Origin: Takakia lepidozioides
Taxonomy: Eukaryota; Plantae; Bryophyta
Direction: 5' to 3'
Assembly: GCA_030704615.1 (NCBI GenBank)
Contig: CM060733.1
Span: 15,004,001 to 15,068,000 of the forward strand
DNA length: 64,000 bases
Position 1 is the stretch's first letter. Each line of letters opens with the position of its first letter. Below, piece after piece: positions 1 to 11,499 of the stretch. The notes beneath the pieces were generated by a model, which worked only from the letters and a program-made list of their open reading frames with translations, searched no databases and was not told the origin of the DNA. The position numbers were made by a program, and so were the translations under genes.

Positions 1-686
1 CGTCCTTCACGCATGGAAATGGCATTCTCTCCGGGGCTTCTGATTTATGGGCCTCGTCACTCCGCTACGCCTCCAGCCATGGGCCCCTTGCACAAGCCTT
101 TACTCTACACAAAACTAAGCCTGACAAGGCCTGATGATGATAAAGAACGCTTGCATGCATGTGCGTGTGTGCACAAAGTCGTGTCAAATGTCGTGCACCT
201 CACTTTGGTAAGCTCCCCTTCAAGTTATAGTTACTCGCTTGATGCGCACGCCTAACTCCCAAACTGGCCGCCGGGCCAACTCGGAGCTTCGGCTGCGCAC
301 CGGGACATAACGGTCCCCTCTCACTCTCTCACTGGATCCTCGACCCGCAACTGTCGGTTTGAGGCATCGAGTAAAAGCTACTGAACACGAGATTAAAAAC
401 CAAAAGCTGGACAAGGGAAACTGCTCCAAGATCGACCGCTTCATTCCGGACCCAAATACTCAAAAAAGATCTTCGAATTAGACTAGTGTGCGTGCCATAC
501 CTCAACAGTAGCCTGCCATTTCCAATGCCGGCGTCCCATACTAGCGAGTGCGACGGCGTGAGTGACGCTAGGTATGAAAACACGACTTTGGATAGATCGC
601 CTTCCCAAGTGAATACGCACCTACTTGCTTCGCGAATAAGCTTGTCATCCCTCCACTCACCTTCTTCTCCGTTTGTACCTCCAGCC

Positions 687-1413
687 TGTCGTGTACCTCA
701 CTTCGGTACTTACTCTCCTTCAAGCCATAGTTACTCGCTTTGATGCGCGCGCCTAACTCCCAAACTGGCCGTCGGGCCAACTCGGAGCTTCGGTTGCTCA
801 CCGGGACATAACGGTCCCCCTTTACTCCTCCACAAGACCCTCGCTCACTTTGGGCCTAGTGGAAATTCCCTTTGGTTGTTGGCAGTCTGGAACAGCTCCC
901 CATACCTTGGTCGCTTTCCGGCTCGCACGCTTACTCACTAGTTTTTGGTTACCAACGGGCTTACACCGTTCTCGGGGTTACTACTCCCTATATATACTTC
1001 TGTGACTCTCCGCGGGGGGTTCACAAACAACACCGTTCTTTTATGGCGAACCACCACGAAGACCCTTGACTCCTGGTGATGAGTAGCGGTGAATCTTGGC
1101 CCACCCACCAGGGCTCCAATGGACCGTGATGAGTCCCAAGACTCCCCACGACTCCCACCACAAGGTCTCCGCCCCATGGTGAGTCCTATGCTACCCCCAC
1201 TAAGACCCACGAAGCTACCACCACCCCTCATGGAACCACCCCCACCGCAACCCGGTGTGCGGGGCTCCACCTAGTGAGTGTCTCTGCCTCCTTGAGTGCC
1301 TTGGGCACTCAAGGGTGTTTCAGCCCCCATACCTATTGTTGCCACTGTCCCCACCACAAAGGCAGCCCTTCTTGTGTCCCGACCCCCTGCCCTCAAAGCA
1401 AAAGGCCGCGACG
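687..1413. mobile_element. LTR (family A, ~727 bp); a partial copy of its left end is at 189-~330
   Basis: Aligns end to end with 47811-48538. Starts TGTCGTG and ends CCGCGACG, a mutated ...ACA. No TSD visible for this copy. Confidence 0.8.
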
Positions 1414-1933
1414 GGGGCTTTCCTTGAAGACCTCCACTTGTACATAAACACCACTACAAGGACTTTCTTTGTAATACCTGCAACACTTTGTAACACAAGA
1501 GCTATCTACCAAGCTCTCTTTCCACACACAAGTGCTAACTATGCTAACACCTTGCACTCATAGATATAAACATATCTTCTTCTAGTGATACGAAAATGGT
1601 GAAAAGATGTGAACCCACTCTATCACGTTATATAAGTCAAGCCAATAACACCTTTGCTAAAAGAATCCACCGTACAACCACTCTTCATCTGAAGTACTAG
1701 AGCTATGGCGGCGAGAGAGGCAGCGGGAGGCTCAACTAGAAGAAGACGAGTCTTCATGCACATCACGTGGAAATACGCCTCTCCACATCCCAAGTAAGGT
1801 TCGTCACTTCACTTGGCACCTGAAACCAAATGAAGTCCCAATGCCAATAAAATACAAATATAAATGTATAAAGTCCTAATTAGCTAGAAATAATTATTTC
1901 TAACTAATCACAAATAAAACCATCAGTGTGACA
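1414..1933 (-). mobile_element. Probable second LTR fragment
   Basis: Ends in TGTGACA (TGTCACA on the - strand), has a TATATAA near 1630 and directly abuts the family A LTR. No TSD found. Confidence 0.35.
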
Positions 1934-2227
1934 TGTGACGCTCTTTTCTACAAAAATTCTATCTTTTGCTATGTAAAATGTTTAAACTGTTTATATTTAT
2001 ATTTATATAGGAGCCGAACCATCAGCTACCGTAGTGGGAAGGCTGATCCGGCAGTTAAGCGCCGAATATATATATTTTTTACAACAAAACACTTCGACAC
2101 AACTTAAGGAAATTTCTAGATTCTACGGCACTGGCACGAGGAGATTTTAAGTAATTCGGCGGTGACTCCCTGCATGAACTTGCTCTATCTACTGTACCGG
2201 ATGTGATAAAAGAATTATATGCCAACA

Positions 2228-2360
2228 GTCAGTAGCTCAGATGGTTGAGTGCACTGAGTGCCACCCAGATGATTCTGGGGTCAAATCTTGCTACTGATGG
2301 GTGTGGTATGGTTCTTAGGCGGTGTCCCACTCATTCGCCTCCATGGTGCATAAATAAAAG
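2228..2360 (+). mobile_element. tRNA-derived SINE-like sequence or tRNA pseudogene
   Basis: A-box-like TAGCTCAGATGG, B-box-like GGGTCAAATC, acceptor-like pairing GTCAGTA/TACTGAT, and an A-rich end near 2351. Confidence 0.5.
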
Positions 2361-2383
2361 ATGTTATTTTTTTCTCTCACTAC

Positions 2384-3119
2384 CAGTGTTTTTTTTTTTT
2401 ACGAAAAATCGTCAAATGGCGACCTCAAAACATAAAATGAAATATTCTGTCGCAAATTCAAAAGCCATAGGCACGACTCTCTTGAACAACTCTGCCCGTT
2501 GGGCACATGCTTGTGTCGACACATCCGGATCATCAAGGTTGAGGATTCAGCATCCCTGCGAAGAGACGTAGACAAATCTGGCTCTCGGCCAAAGAGAAAG
2601 AAATATGGTGAGAAAGAGGCAAGTGATGCTTGCTTGCTAAACCTGTAGCCTATGGCTAACCAATGTACCTGAAGATCCTAATCTCTTAGGTGTCCCTTTT
2701 GCAAGCCATACTTATGCAAACCCATCTTCACCGTCTAGACCACTCTCTCTGCCAAGCCATCGGCCTCAGGATGATTCCGATAAGTGGTACGGTGGTCTAT
2801 CAAGGTTTTATCACACAAAGCCTTAAACTCCCCCAAGAACTCTCTTCCTTGGTCTGTGAGTACCTCAGCTGGAGCATCGAATCGGCTAAGCACACGATCC
2901 AGGAATGCATGTTTTTTCATGGATGAAATCGCCAAACTTCTACAAGGGGAAAAAAAAAAAAAAAAAAAAACAAATGAATTCGCCAAATGTGGATGATATA
3001 AATGGATGAAAGTACATATGAGGATGATTCTATCCAAATTTTCAATGGATGAACATAATATATAGCTATTTTTTGTAGCCACTCGGGCTATTTTTCAAAT
3101 TTATGAAAAAAATTCACTG
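2384..3119. mobile_element. hAT-type MITE carrying a ~450-bp insert
   Basis: CAGTG...CACTG termini with 8-bp TSD CTCACTAC (2376-2383 and 3120-3127). Reverse complement of 24877-25160 apart from the insert at ~2460-2909. Confidence 0.85.
2460..2909 (-). pseudogene. Gypsy-type integrase (rve core) fragment
   Basis: Translates to FLDRVLSRFDAPAEVLTDQGREF...HPEADGLAERVV, then with stops ...FSPYFFLFGREP. Confidence 0.8.
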
Positions 3120-6100
3120 CTCACTACTAAGGGGCCTGATTTGTGAGCTGTCGCTACCAGGTGTTTCCCTTTTTTCAAAAAACAAAACAAAAAAATAAAA
3201 AATAAAAAAATAATGTGGGGAGCCATGAGAGCATCTGGTCAATCATCAAATGCAGCCAATTATTCTAGGATTTCTCAGAGCCAAGGAAAATATTTTCCTA
3301 GAGCTTTATGCCTTGAAACATGCATTTGGAGATTTGATATTTGGAGTTTGTGATGGTGTCCGAATCAACTGTCGGTATCACACCGTCTCCAGGCAAACCT
3401 TGACTCTCAGGATTTTCTAAGCAAAGCTGTCATCAGTCAGCCCTGCTTTGATGTTATCTGCGAGTAAAATAACATAATGATATTTCTGCTGCCCCATACA
3501 GCTTTTGCATCGGGCGGGTGGGTGGACCGTGGCAGCATCATCATTTCCACGCACTTGCAAAATGGTATGTACCAGTGTTGGACGGGTATATGTATTCTTA
3601 AATACCAGACTCGTCCTGCTGTGAAGGATCCCATACCTTATGCATACCAGGCTCGTAAGGGTATGGCGTAGGTATCACCTGGTAGAATATCAATGGTATC
3701 AATAGGGTGAGAGGACTTGTAAAATGGATAATATTCTGAAGCACCAAGCAGACACAATACCTACATTGGACATTCGGAAGCAGCTGTTCATCACAGTTGT
3801 TATGCTGGAGGCTTTCTTCAGTTCTTTCCGTCATTTCAGTCATACCTAGGCTGGCCACCCTAAACTCAGTAAACCATTGCCAGCTTCTTAGTCATTTCAT
3901 TACACCAAGTTTGAAACCCAAAGAACATACTTAGCCAAGCCGGGTTGATACTTGTACTGAGCTCCATTGCCGCTTGCAACCTTGCAACCTGCGACCCTCA
4001 AATAATGGTATCGCAGGCAGTTTGACGGGGGTGACAACGGTCTGGTATCGACGAGCAAAATCTTAACTCAATATCCACCCAAGTGGGTTATGCACTTTGG
4101 GTATAATGTTCTTCCATACCAGTGGGGTATGGTTCTTCATACTCGGTTTAAATCTGGCCATTTAAGGAAAAGACCTCCAGCCTAAAGAGAACAGAAGACA
4201 GCTTCTCTGCCAGATTTCCTTGTAAGAACGTTATGACCGCACACCAAGACCAGAATCCTCTGCTTCATGCTTCACTGAATCTATCAATGAGCTTAACTTT
4301 CTTGCCCTAACCAAAGTCTGGAAGATGTGCATTTGCGTACTCGACGGAGCCTCACTGACATCAGCGTCAACTTCCAAACCAGGAACGGAAGACAAACATT
4401 TCCAAAGCGTTTGTTCCAGCTCATAACCTGTAACAATTTTTTTGGTGAGAGAGGACGTGTCTCTCACTGATACAAGGAGCTTTTAAGACTTCCCCTGTAT
4501 GGCAAAGAGGGTACCTAGTGTCGACAAAGGGAAATATACAATAATACCCTTGCAAATTCCCCTTGAAGCGTTCATCGTAGGGAAACTTGGAGGGAGTGGG
4601 AGGCGCGAAGGCGGGTGCTGTTGATTCTCGTTCTTTGCTACCGTATTAGTATCCGGAAGATCCTGAACGGCGCACCTTATTTCCATCCTCGAAGCATTTG
4701 ATTGCATTGTAGGTTTCCGTAGAGAGGCTTCGGACGAGGCTTTCCGAGGATGAAGACGAGGAGGTACATGACAGAAGAGGAACAGAGAAGCGTAGCAGGT
4801 ACCGATACTTAGATACGACTTGATACTTCCTCGAGGGGGGGAAGAAGATGCAGAGCGTTGTCAATCTTTGTAGGGGCAGTATCGATCGCCTTCCTGGACG
4901 TTACAGGCAGCCCGCTATGGCGTGTCCTCCGGTTTCCCGCAATTTTCACTTCGCGTATGTTGGACGTCCCCTGTATATGCACTGAATTTTGGCTTTCAAT
5001 TCATCTAATTTTCAGAATTGTGGTGGAGACGATCTCGTAGATGTTGTGCCTCATGAGCGGGAGGCAATTCCAAATAGAAAACTGTGGCGATAGGGGTGGC
5101 TCATTTTAAGAAGGTAGGACAAAAGCATAATATTGACAAGGTTTCTTGTCTCCGAGTGAGAAGCCATTGTTAATGGATATCAGTTTGAAGATGCGTTTGT
5201 AGCTGTAGGTCCAGCACCTTGAAAGAGGACCGTAGAAAACAGAGGATTTAGAAGATACCCTGTCAGCCTGCTGCATATCTTGGAGTATCAGTATAACATT
5301 CAAGTCACTATTCACTATTGGCAGGATGTGTTGTGATGCTGTAACGGCTAGTGAGAGGATGAAATACTTATCGACTAGCAGTGAGCAATAATCGCCAATG
5401 GTGGTTGCCAAAGTGTCATGTGCATAGCAAGGCCATGGACTCAGAGAGGCCATGTGGGAATGACACCAGGACGCATGTGAGCACTTTGAGGTGTTCTGAA
5501 CATTTCTGGTATGTCTTTGTGACCAGGCTATGGGTTCTATCTGTCAATTGGCAATGTCAAACTTACACCCTTCCAATGTGGAGGAACCAATCTTGAGAGT
5601 AGTAGCACATTTTGGCCCCTTTTTGAGCGCTTGCTCTCATCCCTGTCACATGGAGGATAGCGGCTTGGTGCTAGCCACCTGCAAGGCTTTTTCTCATGCT
5701 ATTCAAGCTTCAGGTTGGTCCTTTTCCATGGCGCGATGTCTGTATGTATGGGTATCCTTCAATTTGTGGATGTCCTTTCCACTTCCTTGTTATGAATCCT
5801 TGAGAGCAAGTAGACATTATCCCTGGTTAATGTAATGCCTTGTTCGGACTCAGAGGGTGCAAATGTAGCAAGACAAAGAAAGTTTTGGTACAAAATGTCA
5901 CAGGTGCATTACAGACAGATAGAGCTGAGTGCAGCAGTGGGGGAGGGATGTACCGCAAGAGAGCATCTGCTAGGGTACGAGCTTGACCAGCACTGTTATG
6001 CTTGTTCGCTCTGATCAATTGGTGATGGCTCATGTGGGGGACTCTCTGCTCTTTATTTTGTGTCTCAGAGACATACACTACATATTTTGGATTCTTGTTT

Positions 6101-6493
6101 GTTTAACGTCATTGTAGAAACAAACTTATGTGTTTGACTACAGCTATCTGGCAGACGATCATTGACTCTCTAGGCGGAATTCTGGTCCTTCAGACTATGA
6201 CCAAGAGCTGCCCACGTTTTATGACTTGTATGAAACCTACTTTCATGAAATGAAATCCGGGCTTGCAGAAACTTGATGACTGGAGGCAGGTGATGATTCC
6301 AATGAATCCTGCTGAGTCCTCCTGCTTCAATTCGAGACCCTAACCCAGTTGTATTCTTTGAGCCAAAGGTATGAGCCCCACCATTTCTGTTTGACATTTG
6401 ACGGTCAGTCGGAGCTTCAGTTATTAGTTGCAGGTTTCTGTTCAACAACTATCATTAACTGTGTGTGATGGCAAATTCATGGTGAGAGGGCAG

Positions 6494-6851
6494 TGGCTGT
6501 GTCGATTGGCAGTGGAGGAGGTGCCTGAGGATGAGTACACTCTACCCCTCTCAAGGACTGTGGTCAGATGTTTTACACACATAGGTCAACTATTTACTGC
6601 AGTATGACGGACATTGCTTTTATCTCTAATAATCTCTGACTTACTAGATTAGACTTTGACTTGGATCTGTTTTTCCTTGCAGGGTAAGTCGCCATAATTG
6701 AGCATACTTGTGAAAGTCAAGCCGCTCCAATAGTCATATCTTTAAACCATTGTATTTCTCTTATGGCATTGCAATTACATTTCACTTCTCATCGGGTTTC
6801 TCAACATGGTTGCAGATATTGGATGCTATTAAGGCAACCGTCAATTACTAC
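6494..6851 (+). pseudogene. Branched-chain 2-oxoacid dehydrogenase E1-beta gene remnants
   Basis: Pieces preceded by AG acceptors: WLCRLAVEEVPEDEYTLPLS (from 6494) and C-terminal ILDAIKATVNY (from 6816). Most intervening exons are missing. Confidence 0.7.
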
Positions 6852-7568
6852 GTTTGTAAGAGATACTTCCACTTGAACTGATGGCTATAGAGGGCAATGT
6901 AGTAACCAGGAGGAGATCATATCATGCAAGCGGTCTTCGAGGATAAGATAGACACTAGTGTGAGGTGCTTGCCTACTCCAGAGTGGCTTTTCTTCAAAAA
7001 CTCCTGAATGCAAGTGCGTAGAAGATTGAGCCATTACATTGCAGTAATGGCTGGTAAGTAGTGACGACAGCCAGTATACCAGCAGACACAGTATTGGTAG
7101 GACATGGGACCCAATTTCAATGGGAAAATGCTGTGGAATCTGTAAGCAAATCCCATGTCAAGATTGAATTCAATAATCTCTCGTCATTTCTCTGAATTTC
7201 TTGAGGGAATGTTACTGTACTCATTCAAAAGTAAACAGATTCACAGGTGCAATGGCGTTGTGGCTTGGGCAGAAGTTGGATTCGAAAGTCAGCTGACAGC
7301 ATGTGCAAGTGGAAATCAGCATCTATTATTTCCAATTTTATGGGACTTCACTGTTCTAGCCTTCAATATTACTACCCTACTGCTGACAAGGACAAAGGGA
7401 CGATCACAGCTCCATCTCATTCAATTCTAACACTTACATTGTGAAATAGCTGCACAAGTCCTGAGTAGGTCAAGAGATACTCACAATCTGACACTTTACT
7501 TCACCAAAGCAATTTCCTGTTACACCCCAATCGTCCACAGTCCTGTCTATGGCTATGTCTACATCTCG

Positions 7569-8183
7569 TCACTGTCGTTTGACAGGATCGAAAGTGGATA
7601 CCCCAGCAACGGCTGCTCCAAGCGCGGTGATAACTACGCCTCCAGAAACGACGCTAAAAAAACAAGTTCTTGAGAGATGGAGAGATGCCTGGTTGAGCAG
7701 CCTCGGCCATATCTGGGATCACGGAAGCTGCTAGCAACGCGAGAGCTGTGAGGCTACCCACGTTGTGCTCCTTCTGAGGGGAAGCACTGCACAGTTTAAA
7801 GGATGGCAATTCAACAAGGGTCTACCAGCGTTGGAATCTTTTGTGAAGGTTGAGCCTTCGGGATCATGACTACATTACTCCTGTCTCCAGACCTCAATGA
7901 CTGACTGACCCTAGCAGATTTGCTCGACAACGTGATGGGGATTGGAGAAAGAATCTGGGCTTGCAGTGCACAAGTGTTGATTAACGGAAGAGACAAAAAC
8001 ACATATGATCATGGAGGCGTACCTCATGGTGATCCTGTTCCTGTTGCCCACAAGCCTGGATGGGAATCTCTTGCCAGGGGTGGGCAAAGCTAGGCCCTGC
8101 CGAGACACCAACTTCGAATCACGCAACTGTGCCACAGCTGCCGTAGGGGCGACGGTAACGTTGACTGCTGATGCGCACACCAT
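7569..8183 (-). CDS. psbX: Photosystem II subunit X precursor (2 exons; 1-nt frameshift as given)
   Basis: Exon 8183-8023 encodes a transit peptide. Exon 7786-7569 encodes ...[19 protein letters not shown]|[32 protein letters not shown] intron. Total 379 nt, one more than in-frame, at the T7 run 7656-7662. Confidence 0.85.
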
Positions 8184-10059
8184 CGCTGCTTACTGCTTGG
8201 CTTTCGGGTTCGCTTCCAAGGCCCTGCAAATTATTTTCGCAATCCTTTCTTCGAGATTCGGAGCGTTAGAAGGAGGCTGCAGTGTCTGGAGATACACAGG
8301 AAGGGGGAAGCATTCATGGGGGGCAGCAATGGTGGGCAGGGAAAACATTTCTGTTCGCCTTGGTTGACCTGGATGTTGAGGAACAGTGATAGACCAACAG
8401 TGGAATGATGACGATCGTAAATATCAAGGGCATGACATTTGATTTTATGTGGATCGGGGAAGGTGACATTCAGATCCACTGTTGCAACTTTGAACCTCTG
8501 CCTAGCATGTGTTGTTTTATGCAAGTGTGGTCAGGTCAACCTGATCCAACCTCATGTGGGCTGTCATTGATAAAGAGCCAATGCGATCAGCAGAAGATGG
8601 GCTTATCGTCGCTGCAGCGTGGGTGATTGCTGCGGATTTGCCCGCTTGATCGTTGGCCCACTTGTTTATGCTCTTATCCAGCTTTCCTACGTATGCAGCT
8701 TCCTTGTGCCTGCGGGCAACCTCCCTGGCCCCCCACTTGTGGCCTTTCTGTAGCTTGCTCGTGGGGACTGCGATAACCTATTTGCTTTTGACGGCCGCAA
8801 ACCTCTCGGTCTTCAGCTTGGTTAGGTCTGGTACACTGCTCACACCGGTATACAGGGGCGTGATTTGATTGATGTAGATTCGGTGTTAGTCACGGGACCA
8901 TGCTTTTCTAGTTGTAATGCAAGGCCTAGTACCTAATCAAGTACTCCTGAGTGGCTAACAAATTCTTCACCGTTATTCTTCACACTGGTGATTTGGGCCG
9001 CTACATACACCATGTCCAAAGCTCCGCGTCTCTCTACCTCGCTCTCTCCTGGTAAGTATGGTTTGAAGTTTGATACTGATGTTCTTCGTTGTGAAATAGT
9101 TGTCATTATTGTCAACAGCGGTGTAGAAAGTACGATGTGGGGATTCACACTACTCGAGGATGATCAGAACCAGAGCTTGTGAATGATGTGCGACGGACAT
9201 TGATCCTGCCCAATTATCTGTAGGGCCCAACTTGGTCTTTGCTGTCTGTCAGGAAGGACGACTGAATCCTCGAGAGATGTATCTTGAGTTCCACGAAACA
9301 TACAAGCATCCACTGTCAGCATGCTGAAGGAGATGACTTCACCCCGACTTCAGCTCCTACCTTTTCCAAATTCCAACTAACCACCTCTTCAGCCAAAAAC
9401 TCTACCGTTTGGATACCGACAATCGAATGGACATTGTCGTCGGTAGCTGCATTCAAATCCCCTGAGCTAGAGTCCTGTGAATTTTGTGCGGCCTCCTCGT
9501 AATGAGGCTGCATGGTTGTGGCAGAGGGGACAATGCCTGACAGCAGGCCCACCAAAATTCTACTCTCTGTGATACTCTCTGTGATCCTTTACAAAGGTAA
9601 ACTTTTCTTACCAATTCCTTTCTGTAGTTGACAACAAACCCATGTTCCAGGCTGGGAAGCCCAGATGGTTGGGTGTTTGTGCCTTGATTCAGTCATCCAC
9701 CATCCATTGGCTCTTCTAGGGTGGCCAGCCGACCACCTTCCTAATCATTAAGTTATTGTATTTCAGTGGGACCGCTGATGCCAATGGCCCCCTTCAACAC
9801 TCAACTCACTTTTTAACTTGAGGTCCATATTCAAAATGAGGTTGCATACCTAGACTCTAGACTCTAAAAAGCCTTTGATGCTAGTGAAAATGTGTATCTG
9901 TGTAACTCCCAGTAGCATACCTATTGCTTATGTTATTTCACCAAAGCAAAGTTAATGGCCTGAAGCTGGAGGTGGAATGCATTTGTTGTCAGCGATGCAG
10001 ATGCAAATATCACTGCAATCAGTTATCCTATTTTGCCTCATTGACAGTCTGGTTCTGGC

Positions 10060-10340
10060 AGGGGGTTACATATAGGATAACATCTGGGGTGACATGGATG
10101 GGATTACATATGGTGGGGTGACATGGGCTTAGGTGAGATGAGATGGGGTTACATACGGTGGGGTGTTATGGAGTTACAAGATGTGGGCTGATAAGAGATG
10201 AGGAGCACGTGGCAGGATGAGGCAAGATGGGGTTACGGGTGACATGATCCGGAATGACATAGGATGCAGGACACGACTGGGGGTGACATGTGGCAAGGTG
10301 AATGCAGATGGGGTTATTAGTGCATATATGGTGGGGGTGC
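10060..10340. repeat. Degenerate GGGGT(T/G)ACAT periodic repeat
   Basis: Motif recurs about every 20 bp. Related arrays at 28790-28960 (reverse) and 29940-30140. Confidence 0.7.
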
Positions 10341-10956
10341 AGTGTTTTTTTTCTTGTGCCAAATTTCGTATAGGGTAATGCCCTCAGTGGAGGGCATTCC
10401 CCATACAAGGGCATGACCCCGAGGGCGGAAGCCCGAGGGGAAGGCCCGAAAATCGGGGAAATGCCTGAAACAAGGGCACCGAGGGCGGAAGCCCCAGGGG
10501 AAGGCCCGAAAATCGGGGAATGCCTGATACGAGGGGCATTACCATACGCAGTAGATGCCAAAAAAAAAATTTAACATATTTTCGTGCGTAAAAGAAATGT
10601 CAGTCTTTCTAGTGTTTAGGGCCGGCTTGTACTTTTTAGGCTGTTGAGTTTTACATTGTTTTTTTGTTTTTTTTTGTTTTTTTTTGGGAGGGGGGGGGTT
10701 CATTCACATCTCCTGCCTGTAGTCTTTATATTCCATGACACAAAGATGTGATAAATTGAGTGTGTGATTGTTAATTTTGAGCAATTAGCTTTAAAGTCTT
10801 TCTAGTGTTTAGGGCGGCTCGTACCTTCTAGGCTCTTGAGTATGTGTTCTTTTTTTTGTTGTGGGGGAGGGGAGGGGGGGAGGGGGTGGGGTTTCATTCA
10901 CAGCTCCTGCATGTAATCTGATATATTCCGTGGTGTTTAAGATGTGATAAATTGAG

Positions 10957-11433
10957 GCCTCTCATTTTTTAATATTAGCATCTTGAATGCACCTATGGGC
11001 CCCACCAGTACGGCCCATGTTCTGAAATTTTTCCAAGTCCTTGTTTATCTACCGCGGCGGACCTTCTAGCGGACTGGGCTGACCCTCCAACAGGCCGTCT
11101 CCAACCTTCTAGTCGATAGGCAGACCCTCCAGCAGACCGACGAGCGGACTGGTAGACCCTTCGACAAAATATATATTTAATAACACACATTACTGCCACA
11201 GTACAACCAAACCTCGTGTTTATTGTTCATTGCTCTTAACCACAACACTACCCGCCGCTTATGGCAAACCTTTGCAATAACTAATCATTTATATGTGCAT
11301 ATTGTGGGCCCTAGCAGACTAGCTTGTGGGGCTAGGGGCGCTCCTACATGCGGGGACCCCCTCTGCCACACGCGGGCCCCACCGCAGCCACGCGTGTGGG
11401 CACTCAAGACCCTAATATTGTTCAATGAGAGAC
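10957..11433. mobile_element. Mutator-like MITE
   Basis: ~35-bp imperfect TIRs (GCCTCTCATT.../...AATGAGAGAC) and 9-bp TSD TAAATTGAG (10948-10956, 11434-11442). A truncated inverted copy is at ~23750-24241. Confidence 0.85.
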
Positions 11434-11499
11434 TAAATTGAGTGTGTGATTGTTAATTTTTGAGCAATTAGCTTTAGATCTTTCTCCTCTGCTGATTTT

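Noticed and set aside
2228-2298. Functional tRNA gene
   Set aside because: T-arm and anticodon stem are mismatched (GGGTCAAATC instead of GGTTCGAATC); kept only as SINE or pseudogene.
4200-4900. Exon-like ORFs on the - strand
   Set aside because: Frames do not join cleanly and I recognise no family; needs a homology search.
8340-9560. Low-complexity coding-like sequence on the - strand upstream of psbX
   Set aside because: Many stops and frameshifts and no recognisable domain.
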